Positions 49,106 to 57,951 of a stretch of 64,000 nucleotides of DNA are shown here, one piece after another. Under the pieces are notes generated by a model, which saw nothing but the letters and a program-made list of their open reading frames with translations, was not told where the DNA came from and made no database searches. Positions within the stretch are counted from its first letter, which is position 1, and every line of letters starts with the position of its first letter. The position numbers and the translations under genes were made by a program. Origin of the DNA: Candidatus Latescibacterota bacterium (GTDB lineage Bacteria; Latescibacterota; UBA2968; UBA8231); contig OZ220089.1 in the NCBI GenBank assembly GCA_964291625.2, forward strand, positions 4,512,001 through 4,576,000, read 5' to 3'.

Positions 49106-51013
49106 TCAGTCTCCCGGCGCCGGGGCGGCGGAGGTCCCGGCCTCCCGGACGATGGTCAGGATCTCGGTGCCGTACTTCTCCGCCTTGGCCGGGCCGATTC
49201 CGTGGGCCGTCCGCAGGGCCTCGAGGCCGGCCGGCCGGAGGGCGGCGATGTCGCGCAGGGAGCGGTCGCTGGCCACCACGTAGGGGGGAACGCCGGCCTC
49301 CCGGGCCGTCTCCAGGCGCCAGGCCCGCAGGGCCTCGAAGAGGTCCCTCGCGTCCTCCTCCAGCTCGGGAGGGGGCGCCGGCCGCCGGGCGGCGGACCGT
49401 GGAGCGGCGCGGGGTCCGCGCTCCGCCGCCGCCGGGGGCAGCAGCAGCCGCGCCGGCCGGCGCTCGTGGATCACGTCGTAGCCCTCGTCGGTGACCACCA
49501 CCACGGGGCGGTCGCCGCCCTGGAAGTCGACCCAGCCGGCGGTCACGCAGCGTCGCAGCAAGGTCAGGATCCACTCCTCGGCGCGCTCCGACAGGACCCC
49601 GAAGGTGGCGGTGTTGTGCAGTCCGGCCCGCTGCAGGCGCAGGTCGTCGGCGCCGCGCAGCAGCCGCGCCGCGGCGCCGATGCCGAAGCGGCCGTGGACC
49701 CGGGCGACGCCGCACAGGGCCTGGCGCACGATGGTGCTCACCTCGGCCGCGTCCGGCCTCCCGCCGTCGTCCAGCTCCAGGCAGACGTCGCAGCGGCCGC
49801 AGCCGGCCAGGGTCTCCTCCTCGTCGCCGAAGTAGCGCAGGATGGCGTCGTGGCGGCAGGCGCCGCCCTCGGACCAGCGCATCAGCTCGAGGAAGAGGTT
49901 CCAGCGGTGGGCCACCGTCTCCGGGTCGGGGACCCGCCCCTCCACGTCGCTCTCGATCAGCCGCCGGCGCAGGGCCATGTCGCCCGGCGAGACCAGCAGC
50001 AGGCAGACGGCCGGGGCGCCGTCGCGTCCGGCGCGTCCGGCCTCCTGGTAGTAGGCCTCCACCGAGCCCGGCGGCGCCAGGTGGACGATACAGCGCACGT
50101 CGGGGCGGTCGATGCCCATGCCGAAGGCGTTGGTGGCGACGACGATCTCCTGGCCTCCCCCGGAGAAGGCGCGCTGAACCGACTCGCGGGCGTCGCCGTC
50201 CATGCCGGCGTGGTAGGCGGCGGCGTTCCAGCCCGCGGCGGTCAGCCGCTGGGACTCCTCCTCGGTCTGGCGGCGGGTGGCGGCGTAGAGGATCGCCGTG
50301 CCCCGTCCGGACCCCGGGGCGGTGAGGGTTTCGGCCAGGGCGGCGTCGACCCGGGCCTCGCGCTCGCCCTTGCCGAGAGCCGGGTGCACGCGGAAGGCGA
50401 GGTTGGGCCGGGCGAAGCCGCGCACGTGCTGCGGCGTGTCGGCGGGCAGCCCGAGACGCTCGAGGATCTCGTCGCGCACCACCGGCGTGGCGGTGGCGGT
50501 GCAGGCCAGGACGCGCGCCCCGGGCAGCAGCGCGAGGAGTTCGCCGATCTGCATGTACTCGGGGCGGAAGTCGTGCCCCCACTCGCTGATGCAGTGGGCC
50601 TCGTCGACGGCCACGAGGGGGCACTCGAGACCCCCAACGAGCTGGCGGAACCCCTCGAAGGTGAGCCGCTCCGGGGCCACGTAGGCGAGCTTGTAGCGGC
50701 CCCGGGCCAGGGCCCCCATGCGCCGGCGGATCTCGCCGCCGTCGAGAGTACCGGCGAGGTAGGTGGCGGGCACGCCCCGGGCCTCGAGGGCGGCCACCTG
50801 GTCGTGCATGAGGGCGATGAGGGGGGAGATGACCAGGGTCGTGCCCGGCAGGAGGGCGGCGGGCAGCTGGTAGGTGAGGCTCTTGCCGCCGCCCGTGGGC
50901 GCCACCAGCAGGACGCGACCCACGTCGAGCAGGGCCTCCACGGCCTCCCGCTGGCCCGGCCGGAAGCCGGTGAATCCGAAGCGCTGCAGTCCGGCGTCGA
51001 GATCGATGGCCAT
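49106..51013 (-). CDS. recQ: ATP-dependent DNA helicase RecQ (with RQC and HRDC)
   Basis: PTGGGKSLTYQLP, VDEAHCISEWGHDFRPEY, ATNAFGMGID, YYQEAGRAGRDG, CGRCDVC, HRDC LRAWR..VPPYVV. Confidence 0.95.
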   Translation of the reverse strand: MAIDLDAGLQRFGFTGFRPGQREAVEALLDVGRVLLVAPTGGGKSLTYQLPAALLPGTTLVISPLIALMHDQVAALEARGVPATYLAGTLDGGEIRRRMGALARGRYKLAYVAPERLTFEGFRQLVGGLECPLVAVDEAHCISEWGHDFRPEYMQIGELLALLPGARVLACTATATPVVRDEILERLGLPADTPQHVRGFARPNLAFRVHPALGKGEREARVDAALAETLTAPGSGRGTAILYAATRRQTEEESQRLTAAGWNAAAYHAGMDGDARESVQRAFSGGGQEIVVATNAFGMGIDRPDVRCIVHLAPPGSVEAYYQEAGRAGRDGAPAVCLLLVSPGDMALRRRLIESDVEGRVPDPETVAHRWNLFLELMRWSEGGACRHDAILRYFGDEEETLAGCGRCDVCLELDDGGRPDAAEVSTIVRQALCGVARVHGRFGIGAAARLLRGADDLRLQRAGLHNTATFGVLSERAEEWILTLLRRCVTAGWVDFQGGDRPVVVVTDEGYDVIHERRPARLLLPPAAAERGPRAAPRSAARRPAPPPELEEDARDLFEALRAWRLETAREAGVPPYVVASDRSLRDIAALRPAGLEALRTAHGIGPAKAEKYGTEILTIVREAGTSAAPAPGD

Positions 51014-51074
51014 CACCGATTCGAAGGTCGGCCGGCTCCGGCGGCGGCGCAAGGCTGGGCCACGGACCTTGCGT

Positions 51075-51580
51075 GACCCGGCGCCCGCGCGCCGGGAGGC
51101 GGCGTTCGGGCGAGGGCGGCTGCCCGAGCCCCGCGGGGGTCACGCGCCCGGCGCGCCGGGGAGGCGGAAGTCCGGGCCTTCACTTCGGAGGCGGCTGCCC
51201 GAGCCGCGGGTCAGGCGGCGCCGGGTGTCGACCGGGAGGGCTGGGAGTGCGGGCTTGCGGTGCGAGTCCAGGTGGCCCGAAGCCGCGGGTCACGCGCCGC
51301 CGGGCGTCGACCAGGAGCGGGGCGGCCAGGCGATCTCGGCGATGGCGAGGCCGGAAGTCCGGGCGTTCGTTGCGAGCTGCCCGTAGCCGCGGGTCCGCGG
51401 CGTCTGGCGTCGACCGGGAGAGGGGCTACCCGGCGAGCTCCAAGATGGTGAGGCCGGGAGTCCGGGCGTTCGTTGCGAGCTGCCGTAGCCGCGGGCCACG
51501 CGGCGCCCGGCGCGCCGGGGAGGCGGAGTCCGGGCGTTCAGTGGGAGGCGGTTGCCCGAGCCGCGGGGTGCGTGGCCTCG
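51075..51580. repeat. Degenerate intergenic tandem repeat array (6 anchored units of 72-104 bp plus a partial unit)
   Basis: Core TGCCCG(A/TA)GCCGCGGG(T)C recurs at about 51121, 51196, 51274, 51378, 51481, 51553; second block GG(A/G)AGTCCGGGC(G/C)TTC in most units. Confidence 0.8.
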
Positions 51581-51598
51581 TGCCGACCGAGTAGCGGC

Positions 51599-52324
51599 CT
51601 ACCGGGTGAGCTCCGCGATGGCGCGCACCGTCCGGTGGGGCGCCGCGGGGGCATCGGCGGGCAGTCCGTGGCCGCGGACGTCGACCCAGACCGTGTGCAG
51701 GCCCAGCCGGCGGCAGGGCTCGATCTCCCACTGGAGGTTGTCGCCCACCATCCAGGCCTGGTGCGGACTCGCGCCCAGGGCCTTGAGGGCGTGCCGGAAG
51801 ACGCGCTCATCCGGCTTGCCCGCGCCGAACTCCTCCTCGATGACGATGCAGCGGAAGAACCCGGCCAGGTCGAAGCGCTCGATCTTGGCGCGCTGGCCGG
51901 CGGCGTCGCCGTTGGTGACCAGGGCCAGGGGCACCCCGGCCGCGGCGAAGTGGCGCAGGGTTTTCACGGCGCCGGCGAAGGGCCGGATCGCGGCCGTGCG
52001 CGCTTCGGTGAACTCCGCGGCCAGACGCCGGGAGAGGGACTCGGGAGCCCCGTCGTCGCGGATCCCCAGGGCGCGCAGGGCCTCGGCGACGTTGGCGCGC
52101 CTCGTGTTGGCCAGGTCCAGCCGCCCCTGCCGGTGACGCTCGGGGTCCGACCACCAGGCGCGGGAGACCGCGGCGATCGAGCGGCGTACCCGCTCCGGCG
52201 GCACGCCCCCGAACTCTCCGGCGAACCTCTTCGTCACCTCCTCCCAGGCGGGTGCGGCCACGGCCTCGAACTCGATGATCGTGTCGTCGAGGTCGAAGAG
52301 GATCGCTTCAGGTGGTTCAGGCAT
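51599..52324 (-). CDS. HAD family hydrolase
   Basis: FDLDDTI, LVTNG, GKPD, MVGDN. Confidence 0.92.
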   Translation of the reverse strand: MPEPPEAILFDLDDTIIEFEAVAAPAWEEVTKRFAGEFGGVPPERVRRSIAAVSRAWWSDPERHRQGRLDLANTRRANVAEALRALGIRDDGAPESLSRRLAAEFTEARTAAIRPFAGAVKTLRHFAAAGVPLALVTNGDAAGQRAKIERFDLAGFFRCIVIEEEFGAGKPDERVFRHALKALGASPHQAWMVGDNLQWEIEPCRRLGLHTVWVDVRGHGLPADAPAAPHRTVRAIAELTR

Positions 52325-53615
52325 CCGGTGCTCCGGGTTGGCGGCGGATCAGGGCGCGGCGATGGGGGCCCACCGAGAGCAGGGAGATCGGCGTCTCGAT
52401 CAGGGCCTCCAGGCGATCGACGTAACGGCGGGCGGCGTCGGGCAGCTCCTGCCAGCGGCGGACCCCCGAGATGTCGGCGCGCCAGCCCGGCAAAGTCTGG
52501 CACACGGGCTCGGCGCGCTCCAGATCCCGGGTGCAAGGAAAGTCGGTGGTCTCCCGGCCGTCGATCCGGTACGCCGTGCACAGGGGAATCTCGTCCAGGT
52601 AACCGAGGACGTCGACGTTGCTCAGGGCCACGCTGGTGGCGCCCTGGAGACGGCAGCCGTAGCGGGTGGCCACGGCGTCGAAGGGGCCGACCCGCCGCGG
52701 CCGGCCGGTGGTGGCGCCGTACTCGCCCCGGTCACCGCCCCGCCGCCGCAGCTCCTGGCCGGCCGCCCCCTTCCATTCGGTGACGAAGGGGCCGGCGCCG
52801 ACACAGCTCGAGTAGGCCTTGGCCACGGCGACGATCTCGTCGATCGACGGGGGAGGGACTCCGAGTCCGACGCACGCGAAGCCGGCCAGGGTGGAGGACG
52901 ACGTCGAGTAGGGGTAGATGCCGTGGTCGGGATCCCGCAGCGCCCCGAGCTGGCCTTCCGCCAGGATGCGCTCGCCCGCGGCCAGCCGCTGCCTCAGGAG
53001 GGCGCCGGTGTCGCGGACCATGGGCCGCAGCCGCTCGATCATGGGGGAGAGGTGGTCGCAGAGGCCGTCGACGGTCATCTCCCCGCGGTCGTAGAGGTGG
53101 CGAAAGAGGACGTTGCGCGCCTCCAGGGAGCGGCCGAGTCGCTCCCGCAGCCAGTTCCGATCGAAGAGATCTCCCACCCGCAGGCCCACCTTGAGGCACT
53201 TGTCCGCGTAGAACGGAGCCATGCCGGCGCGGGTGGAGCCGAAGGCCCTCTCGCCGAGACGCTCCTCCTCGCAGCGGTCGGCGATCACGTGGGAGGGCAG
53301 GACGACCTGGGCCCGGTCCGATATCACCAGGTCCGGCGCCGGCACGCCGCCGGCCGTCAGCCCGTTCAGCTCCTCCAGCAGGGCGGCGGGATCGACGGCG
53401 ACGCCGGGGCCGAGGAGGTTGGTCACGCCCGGACGGAAGACCCCCGAGGGCAACAGGTGCAGGGCGAACCTGCCCAGGTCGTTGACGATGGTGTGACCGG
53501 CGTTGCGGCCCCCCTGGAAGCGGGCCACGACGCCGGCGCCGGCGGCCAGGGCGTCGGTGATCTTGCCCTTGCCCTCGTCGCCCCAGGCGGCTCCGACCAC
53601 GGCGGTGACGGGCAC
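52317..53615 (-). CDS. purA: Adenylosuccinate synthetase
   Basis: WGDEGKGKITD, GGRNAGHT, LHLLPSG, EYGATTGRPRRVG, SVGP. Confidence 0.93.
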   Translation of the reverse strand: MPVTAVVGAAWGDEGKGKITDALAAGAGVVARFQGGRNAGHTIVNDLGRFALHLLPSGVFRPGVTNLLGPGVAVDPAALLEELNGLTAGGVPAPDLVISDRAQVVLPSHVIADRCEEERLGERAFGSTRAGMAPFYADKCLKVGLRVGDLFDRNWLRERLGRSLEARNVLFRHLYDRGEMTVDGLCDHLSPMIERLRPMVRDTGALLRQRLAAGERILAEGQLGALRDPDHGIYPYSTSSSTLAGFACVGLGVPPPSIDEIVAVAKAYSSCVGAGPFVTEWKGAAGQELRRRGGDRGEYGATTGRPRRVGPFDAVATRYGCRLQGATSVALSNVDVLGYLDEIPLCTAYRIDGRETTDFPCTRDLERAEPVCQTLPGWRADISGVRRWQELPDAARRYVDRLEALIETPISLLSVGPHRRALIRRQPGAPDA

Positions 53616-53699
53616 GGCGAATCCTCCGGTGATGGCGAAGTGTCAGGAGTGTCAGCGGGGAATCTGCAGAGGACGATGGCATAAGCCAAGATGATTCTT

Positions 53700-53716
53700 C
53701 TTATACTTAAGATAAG
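53700..53716. promoter_or_regulatory. Putative LysR binding site (T-N11-A dyad)
   Basis: CTTAT-ACTTAAG-ATAAG inverted repeat in the AT-rich gap between divergent purA and lysR. Confidence 0.65.
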
Positions 53717-53746
53717 CAAATTCGATACTCAACCCGGAGGTGGCCC

Positions 53747-54640
53747 TTGGAGCTTCAACAGTTGCGCGGATTCTGCGAGGTCGCCCGCCAGGGCAGCTTC
53801 TCGCGCGCCGCGGACCGGTTGTTCCTGACCCAGCCGGCCGTCAGTCAGCAGGTCAAGTCGCTGGAGGAGGAGCTCGGGCAGGGCCTGCTGGAGCGAGGCC
53901 GGAAGGGTGTGCGCCTCACCGACGCCGGCGAGATCCTGTTCCGGAGGGCCCGGTCGGTGCTCGGGGAGCTGGCGGCGGCGCGGGCCGAGCTGGAGCAGAT
54001 GGGGACAGGCGTTCGCGGCCGGGTGCTGCTGGCCACGAGCGACACCAACTGCACGTACGTCCTGCCGCCGGTGCTGCGCCGGTTCCGCGAGCGCTTCCCC
54101 GAGGTCGAGGTCGACATCCGAAACAAGATGTCCCCCGAGATCGGCCAGTTGGTGCTGGCGGACGAGATCGACTTCGGGCTGGCCACCCTGCCGATCAGCG
54201 GTCGCGGGCTGTCGGCGGAACCGGTCTTCGAGCGGCGGGACGTGTGGATCTGCCCGGTGGGCCACCCCCTCTCGGGCCGCAAGGCGGTCCTGCCGGCCAC
54301 GGTGGGGCGCTTCCCGCTACTGGCCCTCGAGCGCGGCAGCCAGAGCCGCTCCCTTCTCGACACCGTGCTGCGCGGCGCCGGAGCGGCCCCCTCGATCGCC
54401 ATGGAGCTGGGCAGCATCGAGATCATCAAGCGCTTCGTGGAGATCGGCTTCGGCGTCGCCCTGGTGCCGCGCGTCTCCGTGGCCGACGAGGTGGCGGCGG
54501 GACGGCTGGCGGCGGTCGCCGCCCGGGGGGTGCCGCGGCGCTCCGTCGGTCTCGTGCGGCACCGGGGGCGTCCGGCGTCACCGGCCGCCGCGGCGCTGAT
54601 GGAGCTGATGCGCGGGGAGCTGGCGGGGTTGCGCTACTGA
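53747..54640 (+). CDS. LysR family transcriptional regulator
   Basis: QLRGFCEVARQGSFSRAADRLFLTQPAVSQQVKSLEEELG; GGAGG RBS with TTG start. Confidence 0.95.
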   Translation: MELQQLRGFCEVARQGSFSRAADRLFLTQPAVSQQVKSLEEELGQGLLERGRKGVRLTDAGEILFRRARSVLGELAAARAELEQMGTGVRGRVLLATSDTNCTYVLPPVLRRFRERFPEVEVDIRNKMSPEIGQLVLADEIDFGLATLPISGRGLSAEPVFERRDVWICPVGHPLSGRKAVLPATVGRFPLLALERGSQSRSLLDTVLRGAGAAPSIAMELGSIEIIKRFVEIGFGVALVPRVSVADEVAAGRLAAVAARGVPRRSVGLVRHRGRPASPAAAALMELMRGELAGLRY

Positions 54641-54791
54641 TCCGGGCCCTCGAGGTCGGTGCGGCCGGGGCGCCTGGGCGGTCGTAGAGGGCGCTCCTGG
54701 CCTCGGTGGGATCTGCCACGGGGCACCCGGCGTGGGGGGCGAGCTCCGACAGGCCAGGCTCGCCATCAGAAATCAGGTCGGGGTGGCGGTC

Positions 54792-56078
54792 TCAGCCCGT
54801 GGGAAGAGGAAAGTCGCGGTCCTGGGTCTCCTCGATCCACTGCCGCAGGTAGCGCCTGTGCGCGGCCAGGACCTGCCCCTTGGAGGGATCGGCCGCCAGG
54901 TTGCCGGTCTCCCCGGGGTCCTCCTCCAGATCGAAGAGCACCTCTCGGGGCCGGCCCTCGGAGAAGGCCGCGTACTTGTGCTGCTGGGACACGACGATGC
55001 GCGCCGCGAAGGCGAGGTCCTGGTCGTCCGGGTGCAGTTCCGTGACGACGTACTGCCGTCCGGGGGCGTCACTCTCAACGGCGCCGCGCAGACTGTGGCC
55101 GACCACCCCCTCCGGGACCGGCAGCCCCGCGTAGTCGCACAGGGTGGGAAGCAGGTCCAGGCCGGAGGCGAGCTGGTTCCGCACCCGTCCCCGGGGGATC
55201 ACTCCCGGCCACGACAGGGTCAGGGGCACGGAGACTACGCTCTCCCACAGCATCAGCTTCACCACCCAGCGGTGGCGGGCCATGCCCTCCCCGTGGTCGC
55301 TGGTGAAGGCCACGAGGGTCTCCGCTTCGAGTCCTGCATCGCCGAGGGCCTGCAGAATGCGCCCCGTCTCGGCGTCGGCGCGCTCGGTCAGGGCGTGGTA
55401 TTCCCGGAGGTAGCGGCGCCAGTCGCCGCGGTCCCAGTCCCGCGTGAAGGTGTTCTCCGGCCCGTAGTGGGTGCGCTGCCGGCACCGGCGGATGAAGTCG
55501 GGCTCGTCCGGGTCCGGCTCGAAGCCGGCGGGCAGCGGCGGCAGGGGGCCGCCGCCGACGGTGTCCGGCGCCCGACCCATCACCCAGTAGCAGATGTCGT
55601 GAGGGTTGACCAGGGTCACGCCGAGGAAGAAGGGGCGTTGGCGCCCCGGCCTGCGCAGGTAGCGGATGGCCGCGTCGGCGATGGCGGTGTCGCTCTCGCG
55701 GCCAAGGCGGGTGCCGATGCCATCGGGCAGGAGCAGCTCGAATCGAGGTCCCCCGGTCGACTCGGGAGGCTCTCCGGGACGGATGCCCACCCAGCCCACG
55801 TCGTACCCGTGGCTCAGGAAGTGGCCGCAGAGCTCGGGCATGGCCGCGGTCCAGGGCATGCCGTTGGCCATCAGGCCGGTCTGGTGGGGTGGCCGTCCGG
55901 TGGCCAGGCTGGCGCGCGAGGGACTGCTGACCGGGGCCGCGCAGTAGGCGCGGGTGAAGCGCACGCCCGACGCCGAGAGGGAGTCGAGGTGGGGGGTGTG
56001 CACCCACTCGTTGCCGGCGGCGGACTGAGCGAAGCGGGACTGCTGATCGGTGATGACGAGGAGGACGTTCGGCGGCAT
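54792..56078 (-). CDS. Sulfatase-like hydrolase (Ser-type)
   Basis: PNVLLVITDQ, TPHLDSL, VSSPSRASLATG, FTSDHGE, LFDLEEDPGETGNL. Confidence 0.9.
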   Translation of the reverse strand: MPPNVLLVITDQQSRFAQSAAGNEWVHTPHLDSLSASGVRFTRAYCAAPVSSPSRASLATGRPPHQTGLMANGMPWTAAMPELCGHFLSHGYDVGWVGIRPGEPPESTGGPRFELLLPDGIGTRLGRESDTAIADAAIRYLRRPGRQRPFFLGVTLVNPHDICYWVMGRAPDTVGGGPLPPLPAGFEPDPDEPDFIRRCRQRTHYGPENTFTRDWDRGDWRRYLREYHALTERADAETGRILQALGDAGLEAETLVAFTSDHGEGMARHRWVVKLMLWESVVSVPLTLSWPGVIPRGRVRNQLASGLDLLPTLCDYAGLPVPEGVVGHSLRGAVESDAPGRQYVVTELHPDDQDLAFAARIVVSQQHKYAAFSEGRPREVLFDLEEDPGETGNLAADPSKGQVLAAHRRYLRQWIEETQDRDFPLPTG

Positions 56079-56157
56079 GCGGGGACCGTCGTAGTTGGTG
56101 GCGGGCGGGCGGGATACCATATTGGCGCCCGGAGAGACGAGCAACCGGGAGAGGGAG

Positions 56158-57039
56158 ATGAGCGAGTCCGGCCCTTACGTCATGCCCGACGAGGAGAAGT
56201 ACTACTTCGACCTGCAGGGGTACCTGGTCGTGCGCGGGGCCCTGTCCGCCGACGAGGTGCGGGCCTGCAACGACGCCGTCGACCACCACGCCGGCAGCAT
56301 CCGCACTCGCCCCGTGGAGGGAGGCGGTCTGGCGCGGGGCTCCGCGGCCCTCGCCGGCGGCTCCGGCCGCCGCGAGCTGACCGGGATGCTCGGCTGGCCG
56401 GCGCCCTACCGCCAACCCTTCCGCGACCTGCTGGTGCACCCCGTGGTCGTGTCGCGGCTCAACGAGATCTGTGGCCGCGGCTTCCGCCTCGACCACGGAC
56501 CGCTGCTGATCGGCGCGGCGGCCGGCACCGAGGGACACCTGCTGCACGGCGCCGGCGAGCCCTTCAGCCCCGCCAACTCGTATCACCACCAGAACTCGGT
56601 GATCTCCTGCCGCGGCGTCACCGTGGCCTGGCAGCTGACCGACGTGGGCGAGGGGGACGGCGGCTTCGCGGTGGTCCCGGGCAGCCACAAGTCGCGGGAG
56701 CCCACCCCCCGGGGGGTGCGCACCGTGGAGGACGACATGGGCCTTGTGGTGCAGCCGGCCATGGCGGCGGGCGACGTGCTGTTCTTCGCCGAGACCGCCA
56801 CCCACGGCACCCTGCCGTGGAAGGGAAGGGGCGAACGCCGCTCGGTGCTCTACAAGTACGCCGAACGCGGCGCGGCCCGGGCCGTGGGCCGGCACTTCGG
56901 GCCCCGGGACCGCTACGGCGAGTGGACCGAGGAGCTCACCGAGGCTGAGCGGGCGCTCATGTACGGCCCCGGCGTGCACGGCCGGATGCCGCTGCTGGAG
57001 TCGGACGGCGCCAACGTGCGCGTCGTGGACAGAGGCTGA
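56158..57039 (+). CDS. PhyH-family Fe(II)/2OG enzyme with HxA motif
   Basis: EKYYFDLQGYLVV, LHGAG, DGGFAVVPGSHK, AGDVLFFAETATHGTLPW...RRS. Confidence 0.85.
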   Translation: MSESGPYVMPDEEKYYFDLQGYLVVRGALSADEVRACNDAVDHHAGSIRTRPVEGGGLARGSAALAGGSGRRELTGMLGWPAPYRQPFRDLLVHPVVVSRLNEICGRGFRLDHGPLLIGAAAGTEGHLLHGAGEPFSPANSYHHQNSVISCRGVTVAWQLTDVGEGDGGFAVVPGSHKSREPTPRGVRTVEDDMGLVVQPAMAAGDVLFFAETATHGTLPWKGRGERRSVLYKYAERGAARAVGRHFGPRDRYGEWTEELTEAERALMYGPGVHGRMPLLESDGANVRVVDRG

Positions 57040-57053
57040 GGGGAGGGACCGCC

Positions 57054-57929
57054 ATGGACGAGAGAGAGCGCTACTTCTGGGACCTGACGGGCTACCTCGT
57101 GGTGCCCCAGGTGCTGACCGCCGAAGAGCTGAAGGCGGCCAACGCGGCCCTCGACTTCTGCCACGAGCAGGGGCTCGTGCACCACGCCGCGCAGGGTTCC
57201 AGGGCGCGGGATTCGCGGCGCCTGGGGGGCAGCGGTCACATCAACATCACGGCCTCCGAGGAACTGCTCACCCTGCCGAAGCCGCACTGCGATCCCTTCC
57301 GGCGCATGCTCGCCCACCCGGCCGTGGTGAGCCGCCTGAACGAGATGTGCGGACAGGGCTTCCGTTTCGACCACGGACCCCACTACATCGGCGGCGCCGA
57401 GGGCACGGCGGGGCTGACCATGCACGGCGCCGGTGAGCCGCACCGGCCGTTCGTCGCCTATCACCACCAGGCCGGCCGGGGCTACTGCGCCGGCGTCACC
57501 GTGGCCTGGAACCTGGCCGACGCGGGTCCCGGCGACGGCGGGTTCGCCTGCGTGCCCGGGAGCCACAAGGCGGGGTTCTCCATGCCCCGCGGGGTGCGCA
57601 CCGCGGACGACGACATGGGCCTGGTGACGCAGCCCGAGGTGAGGGCCGGGGATGTCCTGTTCTTCATGGATGGCGCCCAGACCCACGGTACCCTGCCGTG
57701 GACCGCCGGCCACGATCGGCGGTCGGTGCTGTTCAAGTACGCCGGACGCACTGCCACGCGCACGGGCCGCTCCGCCCAACTCGCGCCACCGCAGATCCAC
57801 TGGGGGGAAGAGCTTGTGGAAGAGATGTCGGACGTGGAGAGGGCGGTCATGTACGGCCCGGCGTCGGCGCCGGGAACCGACCGGGTCTATCTCACCGTCG
57901 ACGAGGACGGTACCGTGCGCGTGGGCTGA
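57054..57929 (+). CDS. PhyH-family Fe(II)/2OG enzyme with HxA motif (tandem paralog)
   Basis: ERYFWDLTGYLVV, MHGAG, DGGFACVPGSHK, AGDVLFFMDGAQTHGTLPW...RRS. Confidence 0.85.
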   Translation: MDERERYFWDLTGYLVVPQVLTAEELKAANAALDFCHEQGLVHHAAQGSRARDSRRLGGSGHINITASEELLTLPKPHCDPFRRMLAHPAVVSRLNEMCGQGFRFDHGPHYIGGAEGTAGLTMHGAGEPHRPFVAYHHQAGRGYCAGVTVAWNLADAGPGDGGFACVPGSHKAGFSMPRGVRTADDDMGLVTQPEVRAGDVLFFMDGAQTHGTLPWTAGHDRRSVLFKYAGRTATRTGRSAQLAPPQIHWGEELVEEMSDVERAVMYGPASAPGTDRVYLTVDEDGTVRVG

Positions 57930-57951
57930 CCCAACGGGCGGATGGGCGCCC

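Noticed and set aside
51075-51580. CRISPR array
   Set aside because: Repeats are degenerate, intervening segments are homologous to each other and of uneven length, and no cas genes are present
52317-53615. PurZ (diaminopurine pathway) instead of PurA
   Set aside because: The catalytic Asp in GDEGKG is retained (PurZ has Ser) and there is no phage context
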